A program made the translations under genes and the position numbers. Of a stretch of DNA of 64,000 nucleotides, positions 8,855-18,181 are shown in pieces (position 1 is the stretch's first letter; each line of letters starts with the position of its first letter). The DNA lies in NCBI GenBank assembly GCA_963666365.2, contig CAXXNF010000002.1:1696001-1760000 (forward strand), given 5' to 3'. The notes beneath the pieces are model-generated. The model did not search any database, was not told where the DNA came from, and saw only the letters and a program-made list of their open reading frames with translations. The stretch comes from Syntrophales bacterium. Its GTDB lineage: Bacteria; Desulfobacterota; Syntrophia; Syntrophales; UBA2210.

Positions 8855-9763
8855 ATGAAAGTGCTTATTACAGGCGGTTCTGGGTTTGTCGGTAGCACGC
8901 TCACCCGGGAACTTACCACGTTCGGTCACGAGGTAACGGTCCTGACACGAGCCGTCAAGAAAGGACGCAGCCTGCCGCCGGGTGCGGTGTTTCTGGAGGG
9001 GAACCCTACACAGGAAGGTTCCTGGCAGGATCATGTCGCCGACCATGACGCCTTTATCAACCTTGCCGGCGCTTCCATATTCGCACACTGGAACGATCGC
9101 TACAAGAAAGAGCTTTGGGAAAGCCGCATTTTCACAACCCGCCATCTCGTTGAAGCCATGGAAGCGCGAAGGGGGCAGGAAACGCACCTCATCAGCACCT
9201 CCGCTGTGGGCTATTATGGATTTCACGGCGATGAACCGATAGAAGAGGATGATCCGCCCGGAACTGACTTTCTGGCGCGACTTGCCTCCGACTGGGAATC
9301 GGCGGCCCTTGAGGCGCGCAATTTTGATGCGCGGGTAACAATCTGCCGTTTCGGCATCGTAATGGGGAAGCAGGGCGGCGCACTGGCCCAGATGATCACC
9401 CCCTTTCGCTTCTGGATGGGCGCCCCCCTCGGCGCCGGCAGGCAGTGGTTCTCCTGGATTCATGAGTTGGATCTTGCCCGGGTGTTTCTCTTCTTGCTGG
9501 ACAACAAAGACCTCGACGGTCCGATCAACTGCACGGCGCCCACACCCCTTCAGAACAGGGAAATGACTAAACTTATCGGAAAGGCGCTGGGCAAACCCGT
9601 GTTTCTCCCCCCCGTGCCGGGCTTCGTTATCCGCCTGATACTGGGTGAATTGGGAAGCGTGATTCTGAAAGGGCAGCGGGTGTACCCGCGAAGGCTGACC
9701 GACCAGGGTTTTCGCTTCACATTCCCGACCATGGAGGGAGCGCTTGCCGATCTTCTGCAATAG
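8855..9763 (+). CDS. TIGR01777-type NAD-dependent epimerase family oxidoreductase
   Basis: ITGGSGFVG, INLAG, SAVGYYG, QWFSWIH, GQRVYP. Confidence 0.9.
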   Translation: MKVLITGGSGFVGSTLTRELTTFGHEVTVLTRAVKKGRSLPPGAVFLEGNPTQEGSWQDHVADHDAFINLAGASIFAHWNDRYKKELWESRIFTTRHLVEAMEARRGQETHLISTSAVGYYGFHGDEPIEEDDPPGTDFLARLASDWESAALEARNFDARVTICRFGIVMGKQGGALAQMITPFRFWMGAPLGAGRQWFSWIHELDLARVFLFLLDNKDLDGPINCTAPTPLQNREMTKLIGKALGKPVFLPPVPGFVIRLILGELGSVILKGQRVYPRRLTDQGFRFTFPTMEGALADLLQ

Positions 9764-9802
9764 AACCGGCAGTCAGAGCATTGGAAAGGAAAGGAGAAGG
9801 CC

Positions 9803-10825
9803 ATGCTGAAAAAAGCAATACTGGGAACCACAGGGCTGGAGGTCACCCGGCTCGGCTTCGGCGGCATTCCCATACAGCGTGTTTCGGAAAGGGAAGCCGT
9901 CGAAACGGTCATCCACGCCCTTGAAATGGGGATCGATTTCATCGACACCTCCCGTGCCTACACGACCAGTGAAGCAAGGATCGGCAGGGCTCTCAAAGAA
10001 GTCGGGAAAAGGGTAATAGTGGCCACGAAATCCCAGCAACAGTTCGCCGACAAGATTCGTGCGGATGTCGACATAAGTCTGAGGGAACTTCAGCGCGATA
10101 CCATCGAACTGTATCAGTGCCACTTTGTCAGAGACATGGAGGCCTATCACAGGGTCGTGTCAAAAGGGGGCGCCCTGGAAGGACTCCTTAAGGCCCGTGA
10201 CGAAGGGCTTGTCGAGCACATAGGCATTACAAGCCACAGTCTCGATGTACTCGACCGCATTATCGACGACGGCCTCTTTGAAACCATAATGGTCTGCTAC
10301 AGCTTGCTCGAACCGAAGGCGGAGGAACGGGTCATCCCCAAGGCGCTGGCCCGCAATATCGGGGTGATCGTTATGAAGGCCTTTTCCGGCGGGGTCATCG
10401 ACGATGCGACGCTGGCCCTTAAATACGCCCTTGCCCTCGAGGGCACCGTGGTGATTCCCGGTGTGGAAACAAAGGCATTCTTCGATGAAAACTGGAGGGT
10501 TTTTCTCGGCGACCTCACACTGGGCACCGAAGAGCTTCGGAAGATCGAGGCAATTCGCAAAGAATACGACAAACAGTTCTGCCGCCGTTGCGACTACTGC
10601 CAGCCCTGCCCCGAGGGAATTCCGATTCAGCATATCATCGGCATCAAAGCGATGGTCAAGCGCATGGGACCGTCAATTCTCACGCGTGGATGGCCGAAGG
10701 AGGCCGTCGAAAAGGCGCGCGGGTGCACTGAATGCGGCCAGTGCCTGGAACGATGCCCCTACGAGCTGCCCATTCCCGATCTCATCAAGGAAAATCTTCG
10801 ATGGGTTGATGAAAAAATTGTCTGA
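9803..10825 (+). CDS. Aldo/keto reductase with C-terminal 4Fe-4S dicluster
   Basis: LGFGGIPI, IDTSRAY, ATK; CRRCDYCQPCP and CTECGQCLERCP. Confidence 0.92.
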   Translation: MLKKAILGTTGLEVTRLGFGGIPIQRVSEREAVETVIHALEMGIDFIDTSRAYTTSEARIGRALKEVGKRVIVATKSQQQFADKIRADVDISLRELQRDTIELYQCHFVRDMEAYHRVVSKGGALEGLLKARDEGLVEHIGITSHSLDVLDRIIDDGLFETIMVCYSLLEPKAEERVIPKALARNIGVIVMKAFSGGVIDDATLALKYALALEGTVVIPGVETKAFFDENWRVFLGDLTLGTEELRKIEAIRKEYDKQFCRRCDYCQPCPEGIPIQHIIGIKAMVKRMGPSILTRGWPKEAVEKARGCTECGQCLERCPYELPIPDLIKENLRWVDEKIV

Positions 10826-10912
10826 AAAGAAAAGACAGGGAACCCCTCCACGAGGGCTGTCATCTGAGGGAATGCTTGGCGAGACCCGCACCCATCGGCA
10901 TTGATAGTGGGG

Positions 10913-11422
10913 TCACACAATCAACTCTATCTCCCTGTGCCGCAACACCGTATCGCCGGCGTTTCGTATCTCTTCCATCAAATGATCCTGATCCAGCGCA
11001 TCTTTGGACCTGACTTCGAAAAACCAGTCGTAATATTCCTTCCATTGCTGAAGCTGTTTGGGATCGACGGACACTCTGATTCCCCTGCCGCTGGTCCTGT
11101 CGTAAAAGGTAATCGCATAGCGGCCCATGTCATTGATTTTCAGACGGCCGTTGCCGACCGTGCAGGGGGTCAGGATCTGGACGGCATCGGGAAGATAGCG
11201 CCTGGTTTCACAGACCACATCAAAGGACGTATGCACATTGAAGCGCTCCAGGGCGAGCGTGACCATTTTTACCCCCATCAGAAGGGCCGGAGACAGATGA
11301 CCGTGAAATGCCTCTATCAGTTTCTGCGCTTCTTCATAGCTGTAGGATTGCCCTCTGTAATCGTGGCACCAGTACAGGCCTTCACCGCGGTGCGGTGTTT
11401 CTTCTCTTTCGCACTGTCCCAT
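10913..11422 (-). CDS. FmdE/FwdE family protein
   Basis: FHGH.SP.L.MG, CET...PDAVQILTPCTVGNG. Start uncertain (11422 or 11491). Confidence 0.8.
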   Translation of the reverse strand: MGQCEREETPHRGEGLYWCHDYRGQSYSYEEAQKLIEAFHGHLSPALLMGVKMVTLALERFNVHTSFDVVCETRRYLPDAVQILTPCTVGNGRLKINDMGRYAITFYDRTSGRGIRVSVDPKQLQQWKEYYDWFFEVRSKDALDQDHLMEEIRNAGDTVLRHREIELIV

Positions 11423-11497
11423 ATTCAGCGTCTCTGTCTCACTTCCACCCGGGCGATTACCATATTCTGAAAGGGAGCGCAATCTTTCCAACCATGC

Positions 11498-13738
11498 CTA
11501 CAGAGATTCGAGACGGCAGGGCACATACCGGTGAAGCGGCGTTCCCAGCGGGTCCCGATGCGTGTTTTTTGTCAGACGGTTGACGTTTATGCCATAGACA
11601 TCCCCGTCATAGATCAGACCGAAGCCGTGGGGAATCAGCACGGTACCGGCTCTGACCTGATCGGTCACTTCAAGCTCGCCCGTTTCACTCCCGGCTTCTG
11701 TGGTGACGCGCACCTGTTGACCTTCGGAAAGTCCAAGCGCTTCGGCATCGGAGGGATTGATTGCCACGGTGCAGGCCCGTTTGCCCCTGTTCCATTCCGG
11801 ATTCCGCATCAGAGTATTCGCGTTGTAGGACATGTGCCGTCCCGCATTGAGAATAAGAGGATATCCTTCCGGCAGGCGCAGGGCATCCCTTTCACTTGTC
11901 GCACTCAGGGTTTTGACCTCCTCTTCCAACTCGGGAATATAAATCTCCAGTTTACCCGAAGGCGTCTTTACTCCGTCGGTCGGCGCGCCCTCATTGACTC
12001 TTCCTGCGATCAGCCCCTGCGGATTGTCGAGCATCGCCTGGAATATACGATCCCCCTGATCGGGTCCCTGCGCAAAACCGGCCCGGGCCGCATGCTCCCG
12101 GAACTGCGCCGGCGCGGTCATCATCATACCCCAGATAAGGGCAAGGGCAGCGCTGTCCCAGACGGCGCCCAGCGTCTCGGCAAGTACAAAGGGCATGCGG
12201 GAGAGTGCCTTCGGTTCTCCTGCCGCCCACTGCATCAGATCGGTCCCGAATTTCAGGCGGTCACCGTGGGCTGCCTTTTTGAGAGATTCCGGAATTTCGG
12301 GAACTATATCAAGTTTTTTCGCCAGTTTTGTGTAAATCTGGGATGCCTCCAGACAGAGGGGGGGCGGTTCGACAATGGGCCTTCGAAGCTGCATGTAGAT
12401 ATCCGGCCAGGGTGAGGGGAAAAAAGTGGTATCCCAGGATTCATAGTAGCTGCGGCAGGGAAGCACGTAATGGGCACACCGTGCCGTCTCGCTCATGACA
12501 AAGTCGCTCACCACCAACAGATCCAGGTTTGAAAAGGCCTCTTCGTAGGCCGACGTATCAGGGTAGGCTCTGAGCGGATTGCAGCCGCTCACGTAGACAG
12601 CGCGCAGCCGCTCCGGATGATCGCTCATGATTTCTTCGGGCATCACCGCCGGGGGGAATGATCCCGCAGCCACGGGCGGCACATTCGTCGCCATGGTTTT
12701 CCAGGTCTTCGGGTCGCGTTCGTCCGAATGGCGTCCCATGGGCGCGATCATACCGGGAATGACATTGCCCCCCTTGACGCCGTAAACGCCGCATATGGCC
12801 ATGAGAATCGCGACAAGATAGGAATTCATGGTGCTCTGTCGCCCCATGTAGATGCCCAGATCGGTATGAATGCACCACCGTTTCGTCACCAAAAGTTCAC
12901 AGAGCGCACGCACCTGATCGAAGTCGAGCGCACAGACCTCAATGGCGGCGCGAATATCGACACCTTTGAACCAGGGCCTTATGGCGTCAAAACCCTCCAC
13001 AAACTTTTCAATGTAATTCTTGTGTTCCCAGCCTTCTTCCAGAATAAGCGCAATCATGGCCTTCAGCAACAGCGAATCAGTCCCCGGCCGCAGCGGCAGG
13101 TGCATATCGGCGATCGCCGCCGTTTCGCTCTTTCGCGGATCGATCACGATCAGGCGCCGGTCGGGATTTTTACTGAACTCGCGAAGCACAAGGGGCGCCC
13201 TCGGCATCTGGTGACTTTCCATGCCGTTCCATCCCCAGGCAACCATCATCTCCGCGTGCTGCTCGTCGGGAACGGCCAGGAGATACTGCTTCCCCAGCAC
13301 ACGGCCTCCCACCCAGAAGAATCCACTGAATTCCTGCCCGGCGGAACTGTAGAAATATTTCGATCCCAGGGCCTCGAGAAGCCCGAGACCGAAGGCGCCT
13401 TCGCAATGTCCCCCCTGGGTGCTTGCCCCCATATAGGCAAGGGAACGGGGGCCGTGTGCATCAACTACCCTGCGGATCTTATCGGCGATCTCCTCTAAGG
13501 CCTGATCCCATGGAATCTGTTCGAAACGATCCCCCTCCCGCTTCAACGGCGTCTCAAGACGGTCGGCGGGATATTGATGATAGATCACGTTCAAGCCCTT
13601 CCGGCAGGCATAGCCTTTGCTTTTCGGATTTTCTCTGTCCGGCCTTACCTTCACCATGCGGCCGTTTTCAATCAGCGCTTCCAAACCGCAGTTCTGGGCA
13701 CAGAGCACACACCCTGTTTTTTTCCATTCCATCGCCAT
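11498..13738 (-). CDS. Molybdopterin (bis-MGD) oxidoreductase, DMSO reductase superfamily, cytoplasmic
   Basis: N-terminal CVLCAQNC...CRKG [4Fe-4S] motif, IDPR.SETA..AD, PGTD, SETA..AHYVLP, C-terminal INPSDA..LG; GGAGGAGG RBS; no Tat signal. Confidence 0.92.
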   Translation of the reverse strand: MAMEWKKTGCVLCAQNCGLEALIENGRMVKVRPDRENPKSKGYACRKGLNVIYHQYPADRLETPLKREGDRFEQIPWDQALEEIADKIRRVVDAHGPRSLAYMGASTQGGHCEGAFGLGLLEALGSKYFYSSAGQEFSGFFWVGGRVLGKQYLLAVPDEQHAEMMVAWGWNGMESHQMPRAPLVLREFSKNPDRRLIVIDPRKSETAAIADMHLPLRPGTDSLLLKAMIALILEEGWEHKNYIEKFVEGFDAIRPWFKGVDIRAAIEVCALDFDQVRALCELLVTKRWCIHTDLGIYMGRQSTMNSYLVAILMAICGVYGVKGGNVIPGMIAPMGRHSDERDPKTWKTMATNVPPVAAGSFPPAVMPEEIMSDHPERLRAVYVSGCNPLRAYPDTSAYEEAFSNLDLLVVSDFVMSETARCAHYVLPCRSYYESWDTTFFPSPWPDIYMQLRRPIVEPPPLCLEASQIYTKLAKKLDIVPEIPESLKKAAHGDRLKFGTDLMQWAAGEPKALSRMPFVLAETLGAVWDSAALALIWGMMMTAPAQFREHAARAGFAQGPDQGDRIFQAMLDNPQGLIAGRVNEGAPTDGVKTPSGKLEIYIPELEEEVKTLSATSERDALRLPEGYPLILNAGRHMSYNANTLMRNPEWNRGKRACTVAINPSDAEALGLSEGQQVRVTTEAGSETGELEVTDQVRAGTVLIPHGFGLIYDGDVYGINVNRLTKNTHRDPLGTPLHRYVPCRLESL

Positions 13739-14025
13739 GTCCTCCTCCGGCCCTATCCGTTGAATAGGCCGAGTCTCTGCGACCTCTGTATTCGCAGCCA
13801 TAATTATGTTCGTATACTAATTTATATACCACGCTGCCCCGCAGGGACAGCCGCGGCGACCTGTCTATGAAAAACCTCCTGAGCAACATCCGCGCGTGCG
13901 GCGTGAATTTCAAAGACACATCGTCATTTATTTTACCTGACGCCGCTCCCCTGCACCACAGAGGCATTCCGCTGCAATGGTCTTCTCCGTGGGTTGCACC
14001 CCGCCTTTCAATTCCTTTGTATACG

Positions 14026-14054
14026 AAGGTATTGAAAAACGGTTCCCCTGTCAA
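14026..14054 (-). promoter_or_regulatory. Putative sigma70 promoter facing the molybdoenzyme gene
   Basis: TTGACA-17nt-TACCTT on the minus strand; -10 overlapped by a 32-bp palindrome. Confidence 0.5.
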
Positions 14055-14118
14055 GCACTATTTAGATGACGCCACAGAAACAGGGACCCGGGAATTCCCT
14101 CTTCCGTCGAAAAAAATG

Positions 14119-14147
14119 TTGACAGACAGAAATGATATCACTATAGT
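14119..14147 (+). promoter_or_regulatory. sigma70 promoter of tRNA-Gln
   Basis: TTGACA-17nt-TATAGT. Confidence 0.75.
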
Positions 14148-14220
14148 GGCCACGTTTCGGGCAGCGCTGCCGAAGAAAAGACGTTGAGTGAAGTCGCTTC
14201 GACAGGAGCTCCGTCAATAC

Positions 14221-14294
14221 TGGGGGATCGTTCAACGGCAGGACAATGGACTCTGACTCCATGAATAGAGGTTCGAATCCTCTTCCCCCAGCCA
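14221..14294 (+). tRNA. tRNA-Gln (anticodon CTG)
   Basis: TGGGGGA...TCCCCCAG-CCA acceptor, ATGGA-CTCTGAC-TCCAT anticodon arm, GGTTCGAATCC T-loop, encoded CCA. Confidence 0.97.
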
Positions 14295-14306
14295 TTTGTC
14301 GCAATG

Positions 14307-14337
14307 GCCCTGCATTAATACTGCAGGGCTTTTTTTT
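14307..14337 (+). terminator. Intrinsic terminator after tRNA-Gln
   Basis: GCCCTGCA-7nt-TGCAGGGC followed by T8. Confidence 0.9.
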
Positions 14338-14381
14338 GCGCATTCGGCACCTCAGAAACATCAACTGCAGGGACGCCCCCC

Positions 14382-15572
14382 TCATTCCGACCTGAGGGCA
14401 TCGATGGGATTCAGCCGCGATGCCTGCCGCGCCGGGTAGAAGCCGAAAAAGATTCCCACAGCCGCCGATACGATCACACCGAGAAGGATGGCGTCATAGG
14501 AGAGGGAAAAGCTCCACTTCGAAAAGATCGAAATTCCGTAGGACGCCCCGATGCCCAGCCCGATGCCGAGCAGCCCGCCCACCATGCACAGCAGAATGGA
14601 TTCGACAATAAACTGGAGTTGGATATCACTTCTCTGGGCGCCGAGGGCCCGGCGGATGCCGATTTCCTTTTTCCTCTCCGCCACGGACACCAGCATAACA
14701 TTCATCACGCCAACCCCTCCCACAATAAGCGAAATGCTTCCTATGGCGCCCAAAAGAATTGTAAAGAGGCGCATCTGTTTCTGCATCTGGGCGATAATCT
14801 CTTCGGCGCTTCTGATACGGACGGCCATGCCCCTCACCATTTTCTTAAAATAATTTTTCACCTCCGTCGTCGCAACGACATGGTTCCCTCCCGGCCGTAT
14901 TCTTCCGATTATATTCTGGATCTTTCCACCCTGCGAAAGGCGCTGACTTATGGGCAGCGGCACCATGACACTGTCATTGATCTCATAGGGACGCATTCCC
15001 CCCATGGGGGTATTCTCTATAATGCCCACAATGGTAAAGAGCTTGTCGGAAAAAAAAATCTGAGTGCCGATGATGTGCTTCACGCCCAGGGAACGGAGTT
15101 TCTTTCCCATGGCGTCGCCGGCAACGCAGAAATAGGAGCGGTGATCAAGATCGGAAATGAACCGCCCTTCCCTGAGGATAAGTTTATTCAAATCCAGAAA
15201 GCTTTCCGTGACGCCCAGAATCGGCGCGTCCCACTTTTTCCCCTCATACTTGTACTTCCCGAAGGACGAGGCATAGGGCGCCACCGCACTGATCTGCCGG
15301 CAATAATTGGGAATCTCCAGTGCATCATCGAGGCTGATCTCGTCCTGCCTCGACTGCGAGCTGCCGCCGCCGAATTCCTTGCCGATGGTCAGGATATCGG
15401 TCCCCATTTCCCTGAACTGCCTCAGTGCCTCATTCTGTACGATCGTTCCCACCGACACCATGGCAATGACCGACCCGATACCGACAAAAATACCGATGAG
15501 GGCCAGCAGTGTCCGCTGCTTTGCCGCCAGCAGACTTCGCATCGCCTCTTTAATGTTCGCTTTGACTATCAT
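14382..15572 (-). CDS. MacB-type ABC transporter permease
   Basis: RTLLALIGI, large periplasmic domain, GGVGVMNVMLVSVAERKKEIGIRRALGA, PARQASRLNPIDALR. Confidence 0.95.
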   Translation of the reverse strand: MIVKANIKEAMRSLLAAKQRTLLALIGIFVGIGSVIAMVSVGTIVQNEALRQFREMGTDILTIGKEFGGGSSQSRQDEISLDDALEIPNYCRQISAVAPYASSFGKYKYEGKKWDAPILGVTESFLDLNKLILREGRFISDLDHRSYFCVAGDAMGKKLRSLGVKHIIGTQIFFSDKLFTIVGIIENTPMGGMRPYEINDSVMVPLPISQRLSQGGKIQNIIGRIRPGGNHVVATTEVKNYFKKMVRGMAVRIRSAEEIIAQMQKQMRLFTILLGAIGSISLIVGGVGVMNVMLVSVAERKKEIGIRRALGAQRSDIQLQFIVESILLCMVGGLLGIGLGIGASYGISIFSKWSFSLSYDAILLGVIVSAAVGIFFGFYPARQASRLNPIDALRSE

Positions 15573-15622
15573 GAACGCTGTCCTTTAAACATCCTTTCGC
15601 CCTGCACGTGAATAGTTCCGCG

Positions 15623-16297
15623 CTAAAACAGCTCATCCCGCAGCAGCCCGTCCGTCATCCTCACCGCTCGTTTACATTGCCGTGCAATGCCGGGATCGTG
15701 GGTGATGATGATTACAGTGACACCCTCCTCTTCGTTAAGTCTCAGAAAGAGGTTCATGATCTCCTGCCCCACCCTTGTGTCAAGGGCGCCTGTAGGCTCA
15801 TCGGCCAGAATGATGGCGGGGTTGCCGACAAAGGCCCGGGCAATGGCCACGCGCTGCTGCTCTCCTCCTGAAAGCTCCGTCGGCCTGTGATGCTGTCTGT
15901 GTTCCATACCCACCTTTTCGAGCATCCGTACCGAACGCTGTCTCCGTTCTTTGTCCCCGAAACCTCGGTACGTAAGGGGAAGCGCCACGTTTTCTACCGC
16001 GGCGAGCTTCGAAAGCAGATAAAAATGCTGGAACACAAACCCGATCTTTTGATTCCGCGTCGCCGACTGCTCCCTGTCGCTGAATTGCGACACATCCCTG
16101 CCTTCGAGAAAGTATGAGCCTGAACTGGCAACATCCAGCAGTCCCATAATATTCATGAGCGTCGATTTCCCGCACCCCGACGTTCCCACAATGGAAAGAA
16201 ACTCTCCCTTATCCACCTTCAGATTGACGCCCTTCAGTATTTCCATTTCTATCGGGCCGATCTGATAGAATTTGTGCAGATCATGAATGTCAATCAT
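15623..16297 (-). CDS. MacB/LolD-type ABC ATP-binding protein
   Basis: GTSGCGKST, LSGGEQQRVAIAR, LADEPTGALD, ITHD. Confidence 0.96.
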   Translation of the reverse strand: MIDIHDLHKFYQIGPIEMEILKGVNLKVDKGEFLSIVGTSGCGKSTLMNIMGLLDVASSGSYFLEGRDVSQFSDREQSATRNQKIGFVFQHFYLLSKLAAVENVALPLTYRGFGDKERRQRSVRMLEKVGMEHRQHHRPTELSGGEQQRVAIARAFVGNPAIILADEPTGALDTRVGQEIMNLFLRLNEEEGVTVIIITHDPGIARQCKRAVRMTDGLLRDELF

Positions 16298-16301
16298 GCC
16301 T

Positions 16302-18095
16302 TCACTCTCCGGGCCCCGGTATACGCTGCCGGCCAGTCGGCGCCGCGGAGGAACCGAAGCCCCCCGCGGGTCCCGTTTCCACCATTACCTCATCGCCTGC
16401 ATTGAGTCCCTCAGTAATTTCAACTGCATCGATGGTCGTAATGCCGGTCTTCACTTCTCTTTCCTGCGGTTCTCCCGTTTTTTGATCTCTGACGACGACA
16501 AACTGTGCACCGCCCTTGGTCCTTACCGCCCCGAAGGGAATCAGCAGCGCCTTCGGATTGTCATAGACACAGACCTGCAGGTTGGCCGACATGCCCACTT
16601 TTACCACCTTTCTCTGTTCCGGGGTAAGCGAATGTATCGTCACCTGGAGGTCGAACATGGGCACACCGGCCCCGGTTGAACTGCGCTTCGCCTGCGATGA
16701 CACATGGGATACCGTGCCTTTAAGGGGGATGGACAAAAAGGCGTCCCCGGTGACCGTCACCTTCTGACCCATTTTGATTTTTCCGATATCAACTTCGTCA
16801 ACGGTCGTCTTTACCGTAAGACCATCGAGATCTCCGATTGAAAGGAGAAGGTCTCCCTGTGAAACGGACACCCCGCGTTCAACTACCTTTGACTTCTCTT
16901 CACCCTTCCCCGTCGGCTGAATCACAATGCCGCCCACAGGCGCTCTGACAACGGCCTGCACCATTTGCAGTTCCAACTGATCCAGGCGGCTCTTGGCATT
17001 TTCATACTCGAACCGCACAATCCTGACATTTTCCTTACTCCCCTTTTTGAGCACAGTCTCCAGTTCTTCCCTTTGATTGACATGCTGGTCCCGTGCCGTT
17101 TCGTATTCGTTTCTTGGAACGATTCCTTTCTCATAGAGGAGTTTGCTTTCCTTCAGCTTGTTTTCCGCGCTCGCAAAGGCGCGCCTCGCACGCAATACTT
17201 CGGTTCCGCTGTTCCATGCCTTCCGCGCCTCGTACTCGCCCTTTGCCTTAATGTAGCTGGATCTGGCTTCTCTAAGCTTAATCTCCATTTCGCTTGTGTC
17301 CATCATAAGCAGGTGAGCGCCCTTTTCCACAAAGGACCCGTATTCGAAATATCGCTCCTTGATTTTTCCCTGAAAGGGGCTGATCACATTAATTTCGCTG
17401 AGCGGTTCGATGGTGCCTGCCAGAGATATGTTTGACGAAAGGGGACGGGGCTCTACTTTGTAGGCGCCGAGGCAACCGGCCGGCGGCGTTCCCGATCCTT
17501 CCATAAGGGAGAGCGCTTGTTTCTTCACTATGCCGCCGTTCCACGAATACAATCCGACGCCGACGAACAGAACCACCACACAGAGGGTCACCACGATCCT
17601 GACGACCTGCACCTTCCGGAGCGCCGCATTCAGGGTCTTGTTCGATTCTTCGAGATCGCGATAGGCATCGCGCAGTTGCCGGTTCAGTTCTTTTTCAGCA
17701 TCCTGCAGCGTCACAATCTCGGTAATATCGTTAAATACGACGATGACGCCTGCAGGCGTTTCGGATTCCCCTTCCGCCGATCGCAGATATGACGAGGTGA
17801 CGGAAAGCGTCACGGCACTATTGTCCCTTCGCCGGAATGAAACCGTGGTATTTTGCCCTACAGCAGCCTGGTAGACGGCATCCAGAATGGTTTGATTAAA
17901 CTCGTCATTGTCTTCCATTTCCATAATGAAAATTTCGGCAAAGGTTTTGTCTATGACTTCTTCAGGCGAAAGGCCGAGAATGGCGGAGGCCGCCGGATTG
18001 AACATGATGATCCGCCCGTTAAGGCTCAGGGTCATTACCCCGTCGCTCATGTTATCCAGAACATTTTTATAAAATACTGTCGCGTTTTCCTCCAT
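16302..18095 (-). CDS. MacA-like periplasmic adaptor fused to an N-terminal PAS domain
   Basis: N-terminal PAS (VLDNMSDGV...FNPAA..ILG...VVFNDITE), coiled coil, one TM helix, then adaptor motifs (RAPVGG, VDEVDIG, GMSA). Confidence 0.88.
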   Translation of the reverse strand: MEENATVFYKNVLDNMSDGVMTLSLNGRIIMFNPAASAILGLSPEEVIDKTFAEIFIMEMEDNDEFNQTILDAVYQAAVGQNTTVSFRRRDNSAVTLSVTSSYLRSAEGESETPAGVIVVFNDITEIVTLQDAEKELNRQLRDAYRDLEESNKTLNAALRKVQVVRIVVTLCVVVLFVGVGLYSWNGGIVKKQALSLMEGSGTPPAGCLGAYKVEPRPLSSNISLAGTIEPLSEINVISPFQGKIKERYFEYGSFVEKGAHLLMMDTSEMEIKLREARSSYIKAKGEYEARKAWNSGTEVLRARRAFASAENKLKESKLLYEKGIVPRNEYETARDQHVNQREELETVLKKGSKENVRIVRFEYENAKSRLDQLELQMVQAVVRAPVGGIVIQPTGKGEEKSKVVERGVSVSQGDLLLSIGDLDGLTVKTTVDEVDIGKIKMGQKVTVTGDAFLSIPLKGTVSHVSSQAKRSSTGAGVPMFDLQVTIHSLTPEQRKVVKVGMSANLQVCVYDNPKALLIPFGAVRTKGGAQFVVVRDQKTGEPQEREVKTGITTIDAVEITEGLNAGDEVMVETGPAGGFGSSAAPTGRQRIPGPGE

Positions 18096-18181
18096 AGAAT
18101 CCGTCCTTTCGGGAACGCCTCGCAGTCCCTCTTCCGGCTATCATCGCATGCCGGGCACTCCCAAGGGGCTGAAACCACCGG

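Noticed and set aside
13740..14030. Moco/Wco riboswitch or ModE box upstream of the molybdoenzyme
   Set aside because: Conserved Moco RNA elements were not found. GTATA-N8-TATAC at 13812-13829 is too short to call.
14221..14340. tRNA-Gln as the integration site of an island
   Set aside because: No integrase and no duplicated tRNA 3' end seen in the window
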